Position numbers and translations under genes: made by a program. A model generated the notes under the pieces. The model was not told where the DNA came from and did no database searches. It worked only from the letters and a program-made list of their open reading frames with translations. From contig CAVRCF010000003.1 of assembly GCA_963719505.1 (NCBI GenBank), positions 320,001 to 384,000 of the forward strand: a stretch of DNA of 64,000 nt. Reading direction: 5' to 3'. Each line of letters opens with the position of its first letter. Within the stretch, counting starts at the first letter, position 1. Positions 10,680-20,717 of this stretch are shown piece after piece. The stretch comes from Halobacteriovoraceae bacterium. Lineage in GTDB: Bacteria > Bdellovibrionota > Bacteriovoracia > Bacteriovoracales > Bacteriovoracaceae.

Positions 10680-11630
10680 TTGAAAGTAGCGGCAGCCTTT
10701 ATGATCTTAGCGACAATGATCTCATGCGGAGAGGGCAATTCTAATTCATCGAGTTCAAAAGTTTCAACGACTTCAAATATATTGGTCGATGGAGATTTAC
10801 TCACTAAATATGCGCAAAAATCCATCATTGAATGCTCCTTAAGAGATATTGAGAATAATCCTCTAGACTACTCGGTGCGAGAAAGTGGCTATGGGCAGCG
10901 TTTTGATATCCAAGTCTCTTCTGTGCTTTCAAGAAAAATTACCGATAACCTTCAAAAGAGAGGACTTATTGAAAAAATAACTCCTTCAACATTTTGGAAA
11001 GTTCTAGATTCAAACTTGAAAAAAGAGCTTAATGAAGTTTTGGTTGAATCAGATATAAAGAGAAGCTATGAGGATTTTTTAAGACTACAACAAGAAGTGG
11101 CATTTGCTTATACTGTTTATGTAGAGAATCCAACTTATAATGATGGTTATAGAATTGAAATGAGTGATGGACGTAAAACTCTAATGGCCTTTACGGAGTA
11201 TACAAAAGCGGTGAGAAGTATCTCTCCTTGTGAAAACTTTGAAATGAACTCTGTTGAAGTTGACACGAATTTACTCAAACCCGCTGACATTACGGCAAGA
11301 GTTAGCTGTCAGAATAAAGATGGCGAAAGACTTCTGATAGACGAATACAAAAATAAAGACATCTTCTTATCTGTTAATGCAAATGAGATCATAGAAAACT
11401 TTATGTTTAGAACTAAGCAGCTTCAGATCTATAAAGATTCAAGAAACTCCAGAGAACTTATCTATGCGGGGGATTTTAATTACGATTATCTCTTCTTTGA
11501 TATCGATAAAGTTCATTCTAGCAAACCAAACTCAATAGAGAGAATCGATCTTCAGATTTATCCAACGGGTAGTGAAGCCGTTGAGGTTAATAAGCTTGAT
11601 TGTATAACAATAAAAGAGCTGACACTCTAG
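10680..11630 (+). CDS. Hypothetical lipoprotein
   Basis: MISC lipobox-like site followed by a Ser-rich linker. Confidence 0.7.
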   Translation: MKVAAAFMILATMISCGEGNSNSSSSKVSTTSNILVDGDLLTKYAQKSIIECSLRDIENNPLDYSVRESGYGQRFDIQVSSVLSRKITDNLQKRGLIEKITPSTFWKVLDSNLKKELNEVLVESDIKRSYEDFLRLQQEVAFAYTVYVENPTYNDGYRIEMSDGRKTLMAFTEYTKAVRSISPCENFEMNSVEVDTNLLKPADITARVSCQNKDGERLLIDEYKNKDIFLSVNANEIIENFMFRTKQLQIYKDSRNSRELIYAGDFNYDYLFFDIDKVHSSKPNSIERIDLQIYPTGSEAVEVNKLDCITIKELTL

Positions 11631-14266
11631 TTGAGTGTCTGCTTTATCTCATGAAGTTTTTGAATGGCCTGCATTGGTGTCATATTCATTAGATCTAGCT
11701 TCTCAATCTGCTCTATAATGGGATTCGACTCATACGAGACTGCAGCCACGGCATTAAACATATCGATTTGGGGTTTCACTGAAGCTTCTAAAACATCATT
11801 TGCATGATTATGATTTTTTTCAAGTTTCGATAATATCTCTGTCGACCTTTTTAGAATTGAGTTTGGAAGTCCGGCCAGTTTGGCGACATGAATACCAAAA
11901 CTCTGAGCCGCGCCTTCTTCAATAAGTTGATAGAGGAATTGAACATTTCCATTTTCATTAACTGTTTTTACCGTGAGGTTTTTGGCTTCAACTAATGTGT
12001 CCACGAGATCAATGAGTTCATGATAGTGAGTCGAGAATAAAGTTAGAGCTTTTGTGTCTTTCACAAAATGCTCAACCAAAGACCACGCGATACTTAGACC
12101 ATCGTAGGTTGACGTTCCTCTTCCGATTTCATCAAGAATAATAAGGGACTCGTCAGTTGCGTGTCGAAGAATTTCAGCGGTTTCACTCATCTCAACCATA
12201 AAAGTCGATTGACCTTTGATAATGTCATCACTGGCACCGAGGCGGCTGAAGATATAGTCACAAAGACTAACCTCTGCGCTAGAAGCCGGAACAAATGAGC
12301 CCACTTGCGTGAGAAATTGAATAATGGCGACTTCTCTCATGACGGTTGTCTTACCGGCCATGTTTGGCCCCGTGATAAGTCCAAAAAACTTTTTGGCATC
12401 GAGATTAATATCGTGTTTAACAAACTGATCTTTAATAGCCGACTTTATAAGAGGATGCCACCCTTGGTGAATATGAATATTCTTTTTCTTGTTCGATAAC
12501 TGTGGTTTTACAAAGTCTTCTTGGAAGGCAGCCCACGCGAAGGATTGAAAAACGTCAATAAGAGCGAGAGCATTTGCCAGATTTAAAATCGTCTGAGAGT
12601 TACTTTGAACAGACTTTACGATCGTATCAAAAATTTGCCTCTCAAGTTTAGACAGCTTATCTTTGGCCGTAATCATCTCTTTTTCAAACTCAGCAAGTTC
12701 AGGCGAGAGGTACCTCTCAGAGTTAACGAGAGTTTGACGTCTAACAAATTCAGGAGGAACTTTACTTGTATGAGACTTACTTATCTCAATAAAATATCCC
12801 GCAACATTATTATGTTTAACTTTTAAATTGGGTATTTTCGTCTCTTTACGGTAACGAGATTCTAGATCAATCAGAGACTCAGTGGCATTTGTTGTGAGCT
12901 TTGCAAGTCTATCGCGCTCTTTATTTGCTCCGGGCTTGATAAGATTACCCTTATCTAAATTGGCTCCTATTTCATCATTGATCGTTTTAAAAATTTCATT
13001 TTCAAGATCACTTAGAGCAGACAATTCTTTTTTTGAAAAGACGGGAAGAACTTTTGGAAGACCTTTTAAGCTGTTCATAATATCAGTAAAAGAGATATTC
13101 GCTTTGGCCAAATTTAAAAGATCGCCCCCGTTGACTTTACCTGTTGTCACTTTGGCCATAATTCTTTCAAGGTCGCGGATATCTGAGAGACTGTCGCGAG
13201 TGTCTTCAAGTTTATTATGGTGATCTAAGAAAAACTGAATCGTTTTTTGTCTTTCAATTATTTTTGCTCTTGATCGAAGTGGTGATTGGAAAATAGATTT
13301 GAGTTTTCGCGTTCCCATCGATGTTCTGGTGTGATCCATAAATCCCACGATACTGGATTTATAATCATCTCTGTGCTTTGGAAAGATCTCAAGGCCCACA
13401 AGGGTAGGATAGGTGATCTTCATATCGTCTTCAGAATTTAAAAGCTGAAAAGGTCTAAAGTGGTTAAGCTCTTCAACTGATTGAGTTGAGCAGATATAAT
13501 AACTTAAAGCCCCAATTGGATTAATGATTTCCCCGTGAAGCTTTAGAATCTGATCTCTTTTATAGCTTGGAATAAGTTTTTCAATATAGAGACTTGTGAA
13601 TTTTTCTACGAAGTAGTCTTCACTTAAATGAGTTTTCAAAATACTTTCACGGCTTAGGTATTCGCTCATGGCTTTCGAGTGATCCCATTGTCCAAGAAAG
13701 GTGATGAATTCTTTTGGACGATAGATATTAAGCTTCTCTAGAAGTGACTCTTCACTCTCTGTGCAAAGACCAAAGAAGTCGCCAGTGGTGTAGTCAACAA
13801 ATGTGAGGTAATAGGCGTTCTCACCTTTAAAGGCTGAGGCCATAAAACTATTTTCCACTTTTGAGCTTTTATCAAGATCATAAGGCATACCGGGACTCAC
13901 CACTTGGGTCACAGCTCTTTTAACGATTCCTTTGGCAAGTTTTGGGTCTTCGACTTGCTCACAGATAGCAACTTTCATTCCCATCGCTGTTAGGCGATCG
14001 ATATACGTTCCCGCTGCATGATGAGGCATTCCGGCCATAGGGATTCTATGCTCACCGAGCTTTCCTCTATGAGTAAGGGATATATTTAAAAGACGAGAAG
14101 CATTCACCGCATCTTCAAAGAAGACTTCATAAAAATCTCCCATGCGAAACATGAGAAGAATTCCAGGGTACTGACGTCTTATATTATAATATTGCTCCAT
14201 CATCGGAGTGAGTTTTACTCCCGACTCAACAATTTCCTTAAGCGTTATCCCTTTTGTCTTAGACAT
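11627..14266 (-). CDS. mutS: DNA mismatch repair protein MutS
   Basis: TPMMEQY, FRMGDFYE, GPNMAGKT, STFMVEM, DEIGRGTST, THYHEL. Confidence 0.97.
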   Translation of the reverse strand: MSKTKGITLKEIVESGVKLTPMMEQYYNIRRQYPGILLMFRMGDFYEVFFEDAVNASRLLNISLTHRGKLGEHRIPMAGMPHHAAGTYIDRLTAMGMKVAICEQVEDPKLAKGIVKRAVTQVVSPGMPYDLDKSSKVENSFMASAFKGENAYYLTFVDYTTGDFFGLCTESEESLLEKLNIYRPKEFITFLGQWDHSKAMSEYLSRESILKTHLSEDYFVEKFTSLYIEKLIPSYKRDQILKLHGEIINPIGALSYYICSTQSVEELNHFRPFQLLNSEDDMKITYPTLVGLEIFPKHRDDYKSSIVGFMDHTRTSMGTRKLKSIFQSPLRSRAKIIERQKTIQFFLDHHNKLEDTRDSLSDIRDLERIMAKVTTGKVNGGDLLNLAKANISFTDIMNSLKGLPKVLPVFSKKELSALSDLENEIFKTINDEIGANLDKGNLIKPGANKERDRLAKLTTNATESLIDLESRYRKETKIPNLKVKHNNVAGYFIEISKSHTSKVPPEFVRRQTLVNSERYLSPELAEFEKEMITAKDKLSKLERQIFDTIVKSVQSNSQTILNLANALALIDVFQSFAWAAFQEDFVKPQLSNKKKNIHIHQGWHPLIKSAIKDQFVKHDINLDAKKFFGLITGPNMAGKTTVMREVAIIQFLTQVGSFVPASSAEVSLCDYIFSRLGASDDIIKGQSTFMVEMSETAEILRHATDESLIILDEIGRGTSTYDGLSIAWSLVEHFVKDTKALTLFSTHYHELIDLVDTLVEAKNLTVKTVNENGNVQFLYQLIEEGAAQSFGIHVAKLAGLPNSILKRSTEILSKLEKNHNHANDVLEASVKPQIDMFNAVAAVSYESNPIIEQIEKLDLMNMTPMQAIQKLHEIKQTLN

Positions 14267-14458
14267 AGTGTGCTTCCCTTAATTTCAATGACTTGTGTGT
14301 TGTGTGTGGCTTTAAAACTATCATATCTTGATTAAAACAGTCAAAAGATATGCTGGTGGGGCCAGTAAAAATATAGATAAGTTGTTGAAATAAGGGAGGA
14401 AACATTCTGAGATCTAGGGTATACTGGCTTAACGATAAACGTTCAATATGGATATGGA

Positions 14459-15439
14459 ATGGTTAATACTCGCTCTTTCAATATAATTATAGTTTTTGCT
14501 GTTTTGACGGCCATTGTTCTTTTTCAATCTTTTAATGTCAGCAGAAAAAATCAGGCTGCTCAAATTCCTATCGAAATAGAAAAAGATCAAGAAACTGAAT
14601 TTATCAATTTAAAATACTTCTCGGTTGAAGACGCAAAACCCGCGCTAAATATAAATGCCGATGTCTTAAAAATGATTAATAACACCAATTTAAATTTCCA
14701 AAACCCTAAGGGATTTCTTTTTAACGAAACTGGAGACAAGCTCAACTACGAAGCGAACCTTGGAAGTTACCGAGGCGAGCAAAAAGAGCTTAACTTGATG
14801 GGGGAAGTTAATATTGAAAATATAAAGGGGAGTCATCAATCGGATCGTGTTTTTTATAGCGGCAAGAAAAAATTCTTTGAAGCCAGTGGAGCTGTAAAAT
14901 CGAGGATGAATGATTTGAAAACGAAAGACTCTATCCTTATTGAATCAAACTCTATGTACTCATGGATCAATAGTGGAAGGTCGGTCTTCTCAGGGGATGT
15001 TAAGGGCAAAGTAAAGAGGCGAAGAATTTATGAAGAAAGCTTTGATTTTATGTCGGATCAACTAGAACTCAACCAGTTGAATTCACTTGTAACCCTTACT
15101 AACAACGTGAAATTAGATAGAAACAATTATCATTTAGAAGCAAGAAAAGCCGAAATATTTTTAGAAAACTACAACAAAAAGCTCAAGTATTACGTTCTTT
15201 ATGACGATATTAAGTTAGTTGAAAGACTTGTGCTTAGAGATGGGAAGACCCAATTGAGACGAGCTTTCTCAGAAAAACTGGAAGGTTATATGAGTGAGGC
15301 TAAAGTTGTTTTAAGTGGAGCACCCAGAGTTGAACAAGGTAACGACCTGATAAAGGGATACCAGATCACACTAAGAGAGAATGTCGAACTCGTTGAGGTT
15401 GATGATTCACAATCAAGTTTTGAACTTAAAAGGAATTAA
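14459..15439 (+). CDS. LPS export periplasmic protein, LptC/LptA-like multi-domain (OstA jellyroll)
   Basis: N-terminal TM, beta-rich repeats, LptA-like C-terminus (VLSGAPRVEQGNDLIKG.QI), directly upstream of lptB. Confidence 0.75.
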   Translation: MVNTRSFNIIIVFAVLTAIVLFQSFNVSRKNQAAQIPIEIEKDQETEFINLKYFSVEDAKPALNINADVLKMINNTNLNFQNPKGFLFNETGDKLNYEANLGSYRGEQKELNLMGEVNIENIKGSHQSDRVFYSGKKKFFEASGAVKSRMNDLKTKDSILIESNSMYSWINSGRSVFSGDVKGKVKRRRIYEESFDFMSDQLELNQLNSLVTLTNNVKLDRNNYHLEARKAEIFLENYNKKLKYYVLYDDIKLVERLVLRDGKTQLRRAFSEKLEGYMSEAKVVLSGAPRVEQGNDLIKGYQITLRENVELVEVDDSQSSFELKRN

Positions 15440-15442
15440 AAA

Positions 15443-16168
15443 ATGGAAGCAAGCTTTCATGCAAGAGAATTAAAAAAAGTTTACGGCGGCCGAGCGGTTG
15501 TTAAGAACGTAAGTATAGATGTGGAAAGAGGACAAGTCGTTGGACTCCTTGGACCAAATGGAGCTGGAAAAACAACCTCATTTTATATGATGGTTGGGCT
15601 AGTAAAAGCCGATAACGGTTTTATTAAATTAAACGGCGAAGATATTACGAAGCTTCCACTGCACGAAAGAGCAAGAAAAGGCGTTGGTTATCTTCCTCAA
15701 GAGGCTTCGGTCTTTAGAGAACTGAGCGTTGAAGAAAATATTTACTCTGTTTTAGAAATTAGAAAAATTTTTAAAAACGAGAAAAAAAATATGCTTGAGA
15801 GATTGATTAAGGACTTTGGATTAAATCATATTAGAAAATCTAAAGGACGTGAACTCTCAGGTGGAGAAAGAAGAAGAGTTGAGATTGCGAGATGTTTGGC
15901 ACTAGAGCCGGCATTTGTTCTTTTAGATGAACCGTTTGCAGGAGTTGATCCACTAGCGGTAAGTGATATCCAAAAGATCATAACGGAATTGAAACAAAGA
16001 AATATCGGGGTCTTAATTACAGATCATAGTGTTAGGGAAACGCTAGGAATTGTCGATAAGGCTTATATAATGAGTGCCGGTGAATTACTTGTCAGTGGCA
16101 CCCCCGATGAGATTGTAAACTCTGAGGTAGCGAGAAAGTTTTATCTTGGAGAAGAATTTAAAATGTAA
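15443..16168 (+). CDS. lptB: LPS export ABC transporter ATPase
   Basis: GLLGPNGAGKTT, YLPQEASVF, LSGGERRR.EIAR, LDEPFAGVDP, YLGEEF. Confidence 0.96.
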   Translation: MEASFHARELKKVYGGRAVVKNVSIDVERGQVVGLLGPNGAGKTTSFYMMVGLVKADNGFIKLNGEDITKLPLHERARKGVGYLPQEASVFRELSVEENIYSVLEIRKIFKNEKKNMLERLIKDFGLNHIRKSKGRELSGGERRRVEIARCLALEPAFVLLDEPFAGVDPLAVSDIQKIITELKQRNIGVLITDHSVRETLGIVDKAYIMSAGELLVSGTPDEIVNSEVARKFYLGEEFKM

Positions 16169-16228
16169 TACCACACGCACACACATCTGTAGCAACAGAG
16201 CGAGAGGTATTTTAAATAGGGAGAAATT

Positions 16229-17680
16229 ATGGCTAAGATGTCACTAGGTCTTAAGCAATCACAAAGTTTGATGATGACGCCGCAACTGCAGCAAGCCATC
16301 AAGCTACTTACACTCACTCACCTTGAGATGACGAATGTAATTGCCAAAGAGATGGTCGAAAATCCGATGCTTGAAGAAACAGGCGGAGAGTCTTCGATGA
16401 AAGAAGTCGAAAGTCGAAAAGCTGAAACTCAAGAAAAAAGCTCTGATGACTTTTCTGGTCCTGAGCTGGTTGAAGGTGGAAAAGATAACTTCGATTGGGA
16501 TAAGTACATCGATGGTTATAATAACTCTTCTTCTACTCCTTATACAAAAGAGAACTTTTCAAAAGACGACGGGCCAAACTATGAAAACATGGTCTCAAAA
16601 GGCGACAACCTTCAAGAACATCTTGAGTGGCAACTTCGTATGGAGAACCTCACTGAAGAAGAGTGGAAGTTTGCTCGTGGAATCATTCATAATCTTAATG
16701 ATGAAGGTTATCTTGATGAAGAACTAAGTGCGCTGTTAAGTGAGTGTAAGCTTCATGAAGAGGACGCCTTAGAAATACTGAAAATGATTCAGCACCTCGA
16801 CCCAGTCGGATGTGCTGCAAAAGATTTACAAGAGTGTCTCCTCATTCAAGCACGCGCTCTTGAAGAGCCAGTACCTCTTGTAAATCTTATTTTAAAAAAT
16901 CATCTTGATCATCTGATCAATAAAGATCATTCAGCGATTGCAAAAGAGCTGGGAGTTGAAATCGAGCAGATTAAAGATGCAGAGATGATTATTCATACTT
17001 TTCATCCAAAGCCTGGACGCCTCATCAACCCTGAGGAAACTCAGTATGTTGTGCCTGATATTTATGTCAAAAATATCGGTGGTGTACCAACAGTTCAATT
17101 AAATGATGAGGGCGTTCCGACACTGAAGGTGTCAAAGTTATACCAAAGTTTACTTAAGCAAGGTGCCGCAGCTAAAGATGATGAAACAAGCGAGTACGTG
17201 CAAGAAAAATTAAGATCTGCTCTATGGTTAATAAAATCTATTGAGAACAGACAAAAGACGATCGAAAAGGTTGCGATTGCAATCGTCAAGTATCAGCCAG
17301 AGTTCTTTAAAAAGGGTGTGGCTTACATGAAACCAATGATCTTAAAGGATATCGCCAATGAGATCGGAATGCATGAATCGACGGTTTCAAGAGTCACGAC
17401 AAATAAATTTATGCACACTCCACTTGGAACGTTTGAACTTAAGTTTTTCTTTAACGCTGGTATCGGTGGAAAGAATGGTGGAATCGATATTGCAAGTGAA
17501 AGCTTAAAGCTCAAGATTAAAGAGCTTATTTCTAAGGAAGATACAAAAAAACCTTTATCGGATCAGAAGATTGCCGATATACTAAGTAAGAGCGATATTA
17601 AAGTAGCAAGAAGAACAGTTGCCAAGTACCGCGAGAGCATGGATATCCTTCCATCCTCAAAAAGAAAAAATGCTAGCTAG
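16229..17680 (+). CDS. rpoN: RNA polymerase sigma-54 factor
   Basis: MTPQLQQAI.LL, HESTVSR and the RpoN box ARRTVAKYR. Confidence 0.97.
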   Translation: MAKMSLGLKQSQSLMMTPQLQQAIKLLTLTHLEMTNVIAKEMVENPMLEETGGESSMKEVESRKAETQEKSSDDFSGPELVEGGKDNFDWDKYIDGYNNSSSTPYTKENFSKDDGPNYENMVSKGDNLQEHLEWQLRMENLTEEEWKFARGIIHNLNDEGYLDEELSALLSECKLHEEDALEILKMIQHLDPVGCAAKDLQECLLIQARALEEPVPLVNLILKNHLDHLINKDHSAIAKELGVEIEQIKDAEMIIHTFHPKPGRLINPEETQYVVPDIYVKNIGGVPTVQLNDEGVPTLKVSKLYQSLLKQGAAAKDDETSEYVQEKLRSALWLIKSIENRQKTIEKVAIAIVKYQPEFFKKGVAYMKPMILKDIANEIGMHESTVSRVTTNKFMHTPLGTFELKFFFNAGIGGKNGGIDIASESLKLKIKELISKEDTKKPLSDQKIADILSKSDIKVARRTVAKYRESMDILPSSKRKNAS

Positions 17681-17760
17681 AAAAAAAGGAGAGTCAGTAT
17701 TAAATAAAAAACTATGAGAACAAAAATTAACCAAAAACTTTAAAGAAAAAAGAGGCACGT

Positions 17761-18150
17761 ATGAAAATAGTTAGTTCTTTTAAACATCTTGAACACACTC
17801 CGGCACTTGATGAAAAAATCGAAGCCAAGTCACAGAAGTTAAAGAAGTTTTTTGAAGGTAATTTTGAAGTCCACTGGACATGTTTTGTAAGAGATGGAAA
17901 ACAATGGGCAGATGTTAAAGTTATTGGACCTCAGTTTGAGTATCACGCCAGTGCGCACGCGGACTCACTCTACAAGACACTTGATCTTGTCATCGCAAAA
18001 GTTGAAAAACAAATTCACAAGAAAAAATCTAAATGGAAAAATCATATATCTCAAAAACATAAACACCCTGTTAAAGAGCAACAACTTGCTCAATCTGAAT
18101 GGGATGAGAAGTTTTGGGAAGATAAACAAATTGAAGAAATCGCCTCTTAG
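17761..18150 (+). CDS. hpf: Ribosome hibernation factor (HPF/RaiA family)
   Basis: Follows rpoN. H.E.TPAL and D.LY..LD....K.E.Q...K pattern. Confidence 0.85.
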   Translation: MKIVSSFKHLEHTPALDEKIEAKSQKLKKFFEGNFEVHWTCFVRDGKQWADVKVIGPQFEYHASAHADSLYKTLDLVIAKVEKQIHKKKSKWKNHISQKHKHPVKEQQLAQSEWDEKFWEDKQIEEIAS

Positions 18151-18175
18151 ATTTCCCAATCTAAGAAATAATATT

Positions 18176-18204
18176 AAAGCCACCTGCAATGGGTGGCTTT
18201 TTTT
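18176..18204 (+). terminator. Intrinsic terminator of the lpt-rpoN-hpf operon
   Basis: AAAGCCACC-TGCAATG-GGTGGCTTT followed by a T-tract. Confidence 0.8.
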
Positions 18205-18230
18205 ACGTTTGAGTTAAGAAAAGGAAAAGA

Positions 18231-18833
18231 ATGAATATCGTATTAATAGTGCTTGGATTGATTATCGTCATTGCTCTCATATTAGTTTTTTATGTGATTG
18301 GAATTTACAATAGTCTTGTCAGAGCAAAAAATGTCTTTAAAAATGCTTTCTCACAAATCGATGTGCAATTAAAAAGACGCTATGACCTTATTCCCAATCT
18401 ACTGGAGTCCGTAAAAGGCTATATGAAGCACGAGAAAGAAACTCTTGATGCTGTTATTAAAGCCCGTAATCAGGCCGCTCAGATCAATATTGATCTTGGA
18501 GAGGATCCAGCGGATCCCGCTCTTATGGAAAAACTCAATAAAGCCGAAGGACAGCTCTCTCAGAGCCTTGGAAAAATGTTTGCCTTATCAGAGGCCTATC
18601 CCGATCTTAAGGCCGATGGTAATATTAAGACTTTAATGGAGGAGCTCACCTCCACAGAGAATAAAATAGGATTCGCAAGACAATCCTATAACGACGCCGT
18701 TATGAGATATAATATTCTTTGTGAAGAATTTCCATCAGCGATAATCGCTGGAATGTTTCAATTTAAACAAGCGACTCTTTTTGAAATTGAAAATCAAGTT
18801 GAGCGCGAGACAGTTAAGGTTAAGTTCGATTGA
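18231..18833 (+). CDS. lemA: LemA family protein
   Basis: YNSLV, QIDVQLKRRYDLIPNL, EAYPDLKA, ENKI..ARQ.YN, FP. Confidence 0.95.
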   Translation: MNIVLIVLGLIIVIALILVFYVIGIYNSLVRAKNVFKNAFSQIDVQLKRRYDLIPNLLESVKGYMKHEKETLDAVIKARNQAAQINIDLGEDPADPALMEKLNKAEGQLSQSLGKMFALSEAYPDLKADGNIKTLMEELTSTENKIGFARQSYNDAVMRYNILCEEFPSAIIAGMFQFKQATLFEIENQVERETVKVKFD

Positions 18834-20578
18834 ATTTTTTTAAAGATCAAGAAATTGCTAAAAAGAAAACCAGAAAGCTTGTCGCCCTTTTTTTGGCGTC
18901 AGTTGTGGCCACAGGAGCCGCTCTTACTTTAGTTGTGGGCTACGTGTTTTCCATTTCTCAGCAGTCTCAAAGTTCAGCTGCTTATGAACCAATAGATCTT
19001 TGGGCCAATATTGATCTTCTTCTCATTCTTTTCTCTATCGTTTGTCTGACTATCATCGGTGCGACGTTTTTTAAGATTATAAGCCTTGGGAAGGGGGGAA
19101 GCTATGTTGCAGAACTTTTGGGAGCAACGCCTGTCAAAAGAGAAAATAGCGATCCTGCATTAAAGAAGTATATTAATATTGTGGAAGAGATGAGTATCGC
19201 CTCTGGTTGTCCAGTTCCAAAGATCTATGTCATGGAAAAAGAGACGAGCATCAATGCCTTTGCCGCAGGCTATGAGATTGATGACTGTATTATTTGTGTC
19301 ACTCGAGGGGCTATTGAAAAGTTAAATCGAGATGAACTGCAAGGTGTTGTGGCCCACGAATTTAGTCATATCTTTAATGGGGATATGAAACTCAGTATTA
19401 AGCTCATTGGTTATCTGTTCGGTCTCTTAATTCTGACTCAGATTGGCCGTTTAATACTTCACTCCGGTCGTTATAGAACGAGTTCCAGAAGAAGCAAAGA
19501 TGGAAACGGTATCATGTTTGTGGGTCTGGCCTTTTTAGTTATCGGAGGGATTGGTTATCTTTTGGGCTCATTAATTAAAAGCTCGATCTCTAAACAAAGA
19601 GAATTTCTAGCAGATGCTTCAGCTGTGCAATTTACCAGAAACCCTTTTGGAATCGGTGGAGCTCTTTTAAAAATTGAAAAACTTATTGAAGGCAGCACGA
19701 TCATGGCCTCTAAGTCCGAAGAGGTTTCACATTTGTTTTTTGGTGCTCCAATGAAAATGAGCTTTGCCAGTCATCCCTCACTAAAAGATAGGCTTATGAG
19801 AATCTATCCAAATAAGAAATGGGAACAGATTGAAAAAATGGAAGTGAGTTATCCTGAAGTTGAACTACCTGATCCTGAAAAAGAGAAAAAGGAAGTTAAT
19901 GATATCTTTAGTAATGATGCCGTAAAGATTGCCACAGCTGGGACGGTGCTTTCTTCTTTAAGTTCTAGAAAAGATCATATCGGGGAGATCACTGAGACGA
20001 ATGTCGAAAAAGCTCATAGTCTTGTGGAGTCCATTCCCTTTAGCATAAAGGAGAAGATCCAAACGACAGCCGGTGCAAAACAAATTATTTTAAGCTTTTT
20101 TAATGGTGCCAGTGAATTTAAGGATTCATGGCGATACGCTATTTTTGAGATTGGACTTGGAACATTAAGTGAGCTTTCCAAAAACGAGAAAGTTGCGTTT
20201 GTAGCAAAAGCAAAAAAGCTAGTGCTAGAAGATCAGCTGATTACCCCTTCAGAATTTATTCTTTATTATATTGTTAAAAAGTCTCTTCTAGGTGAGAGGG
20301 GATTTTATGAGAAAAAAATCACAAAATTTGAAGCGGAACAATCTCTTGAGACACTTATTGAGTTTGCAAGAGAAGGGCTTAATAACGATCGATTTAAATT
20401 TAAACCAAGTGAAGTCGGAAAGTCTTTAGAGCTTCTCTCACGTGCCTCTCTTTCTCAAAAAGAAAAAGTTCTAGATAAGCTAATAAGCGTTGTGAATGAA
20501 GATGATCAAATCACTATCTTAGAAGAAGAGTTTATCAGACTCGTTTGCCAGGGCTTTAGAGTCCCATTTCCTTTATAA
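18830..20578 (+). CDS. M48 (HtpX-like) membrane Zn-peptidase with C-terminal TerB-like helical extension
   Basis: INAFAAG, AHEFSH, REFLADA, FASHP. Overlaps the lemA stop. Confidence 0.9.
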   Translation: MNFFKDQEIAKKKTRKLVALFLASVVATGAALTLVVGYVFSISQQSQSSAAYEPIDLWANIDLLLILFSIVCLTIIGATFFKIISLGKGGSYVAELLGATPVKRENSDPALKKYINIVEEMSIASGCPVPKIYVMEKETSINAFAAGYEIDDCIICVTRGAIEKLNRDELQGVVAHEFSHIFNGDMKLSIKLIGYLFGLLILTQIGRLILHSGRYRTSSRRSKDGNGIMFVGLAFLVIGGIGYLLGSLIKSSISKQREFLADASAVQFTRNPFGIGGALLKIEKLIEGSTIMASKSEEVSHLFFGAPMKMSFASHPSLKDRLMRIYPNKKWEQIEKMEVSYPEVELPDPEKEKKEVNDIFSNDAVKIATAGTVLSSLSSRKDHIGEITETNVEKAHSLVESIPFSIKEKIQTTAGAKQIILSFFNGASEFKDSWRYAIFEIGLGTLSELSKNEKVAFVAKAKKLVLEDQLITPSEFILYYIVKKSLLGERGFYEKKITKFEAEQSLETLIEFAREGLNNDRFKFKPSEVGKSLELLSRASLSQKEKVLDKLISVVNEDDQITILEEEFIRLVCQGFRVPFPL

Positions 20579-20629
20579 CCAAACTATTTAACTCCACAAT
20601 TCTAAAACTCGAGTATATCTGTCTTTTGA

Positions 20630-20642
20630 TAAGTGCTTGATA
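20630..20642. promoter_or_regulatory. IHF-like binding site
   Basis: TAAGTGCTTGATA matches the reverse complement of the IHF consensus WATCAANNNNTTR. Confidence 0.4.
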
Positions 20643-20656
20643 TTTCTCATTCAAGT

Positions 20657-20685
20657 CTAAAGGTTAATTATTGAAAACCCGATAA
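20657..20685 (+). promoter_or_regulatory. Putative sigma28 (FliA) promoter
   Basis: cTAAA-N16-CCCGATAA, 32 nt before the ATG at 20718. Confidence 0.6.
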
Positions 20686-20717
20686 ATTCATAAGACTTTA
20701 AAATTTTAAGGAAGTTT

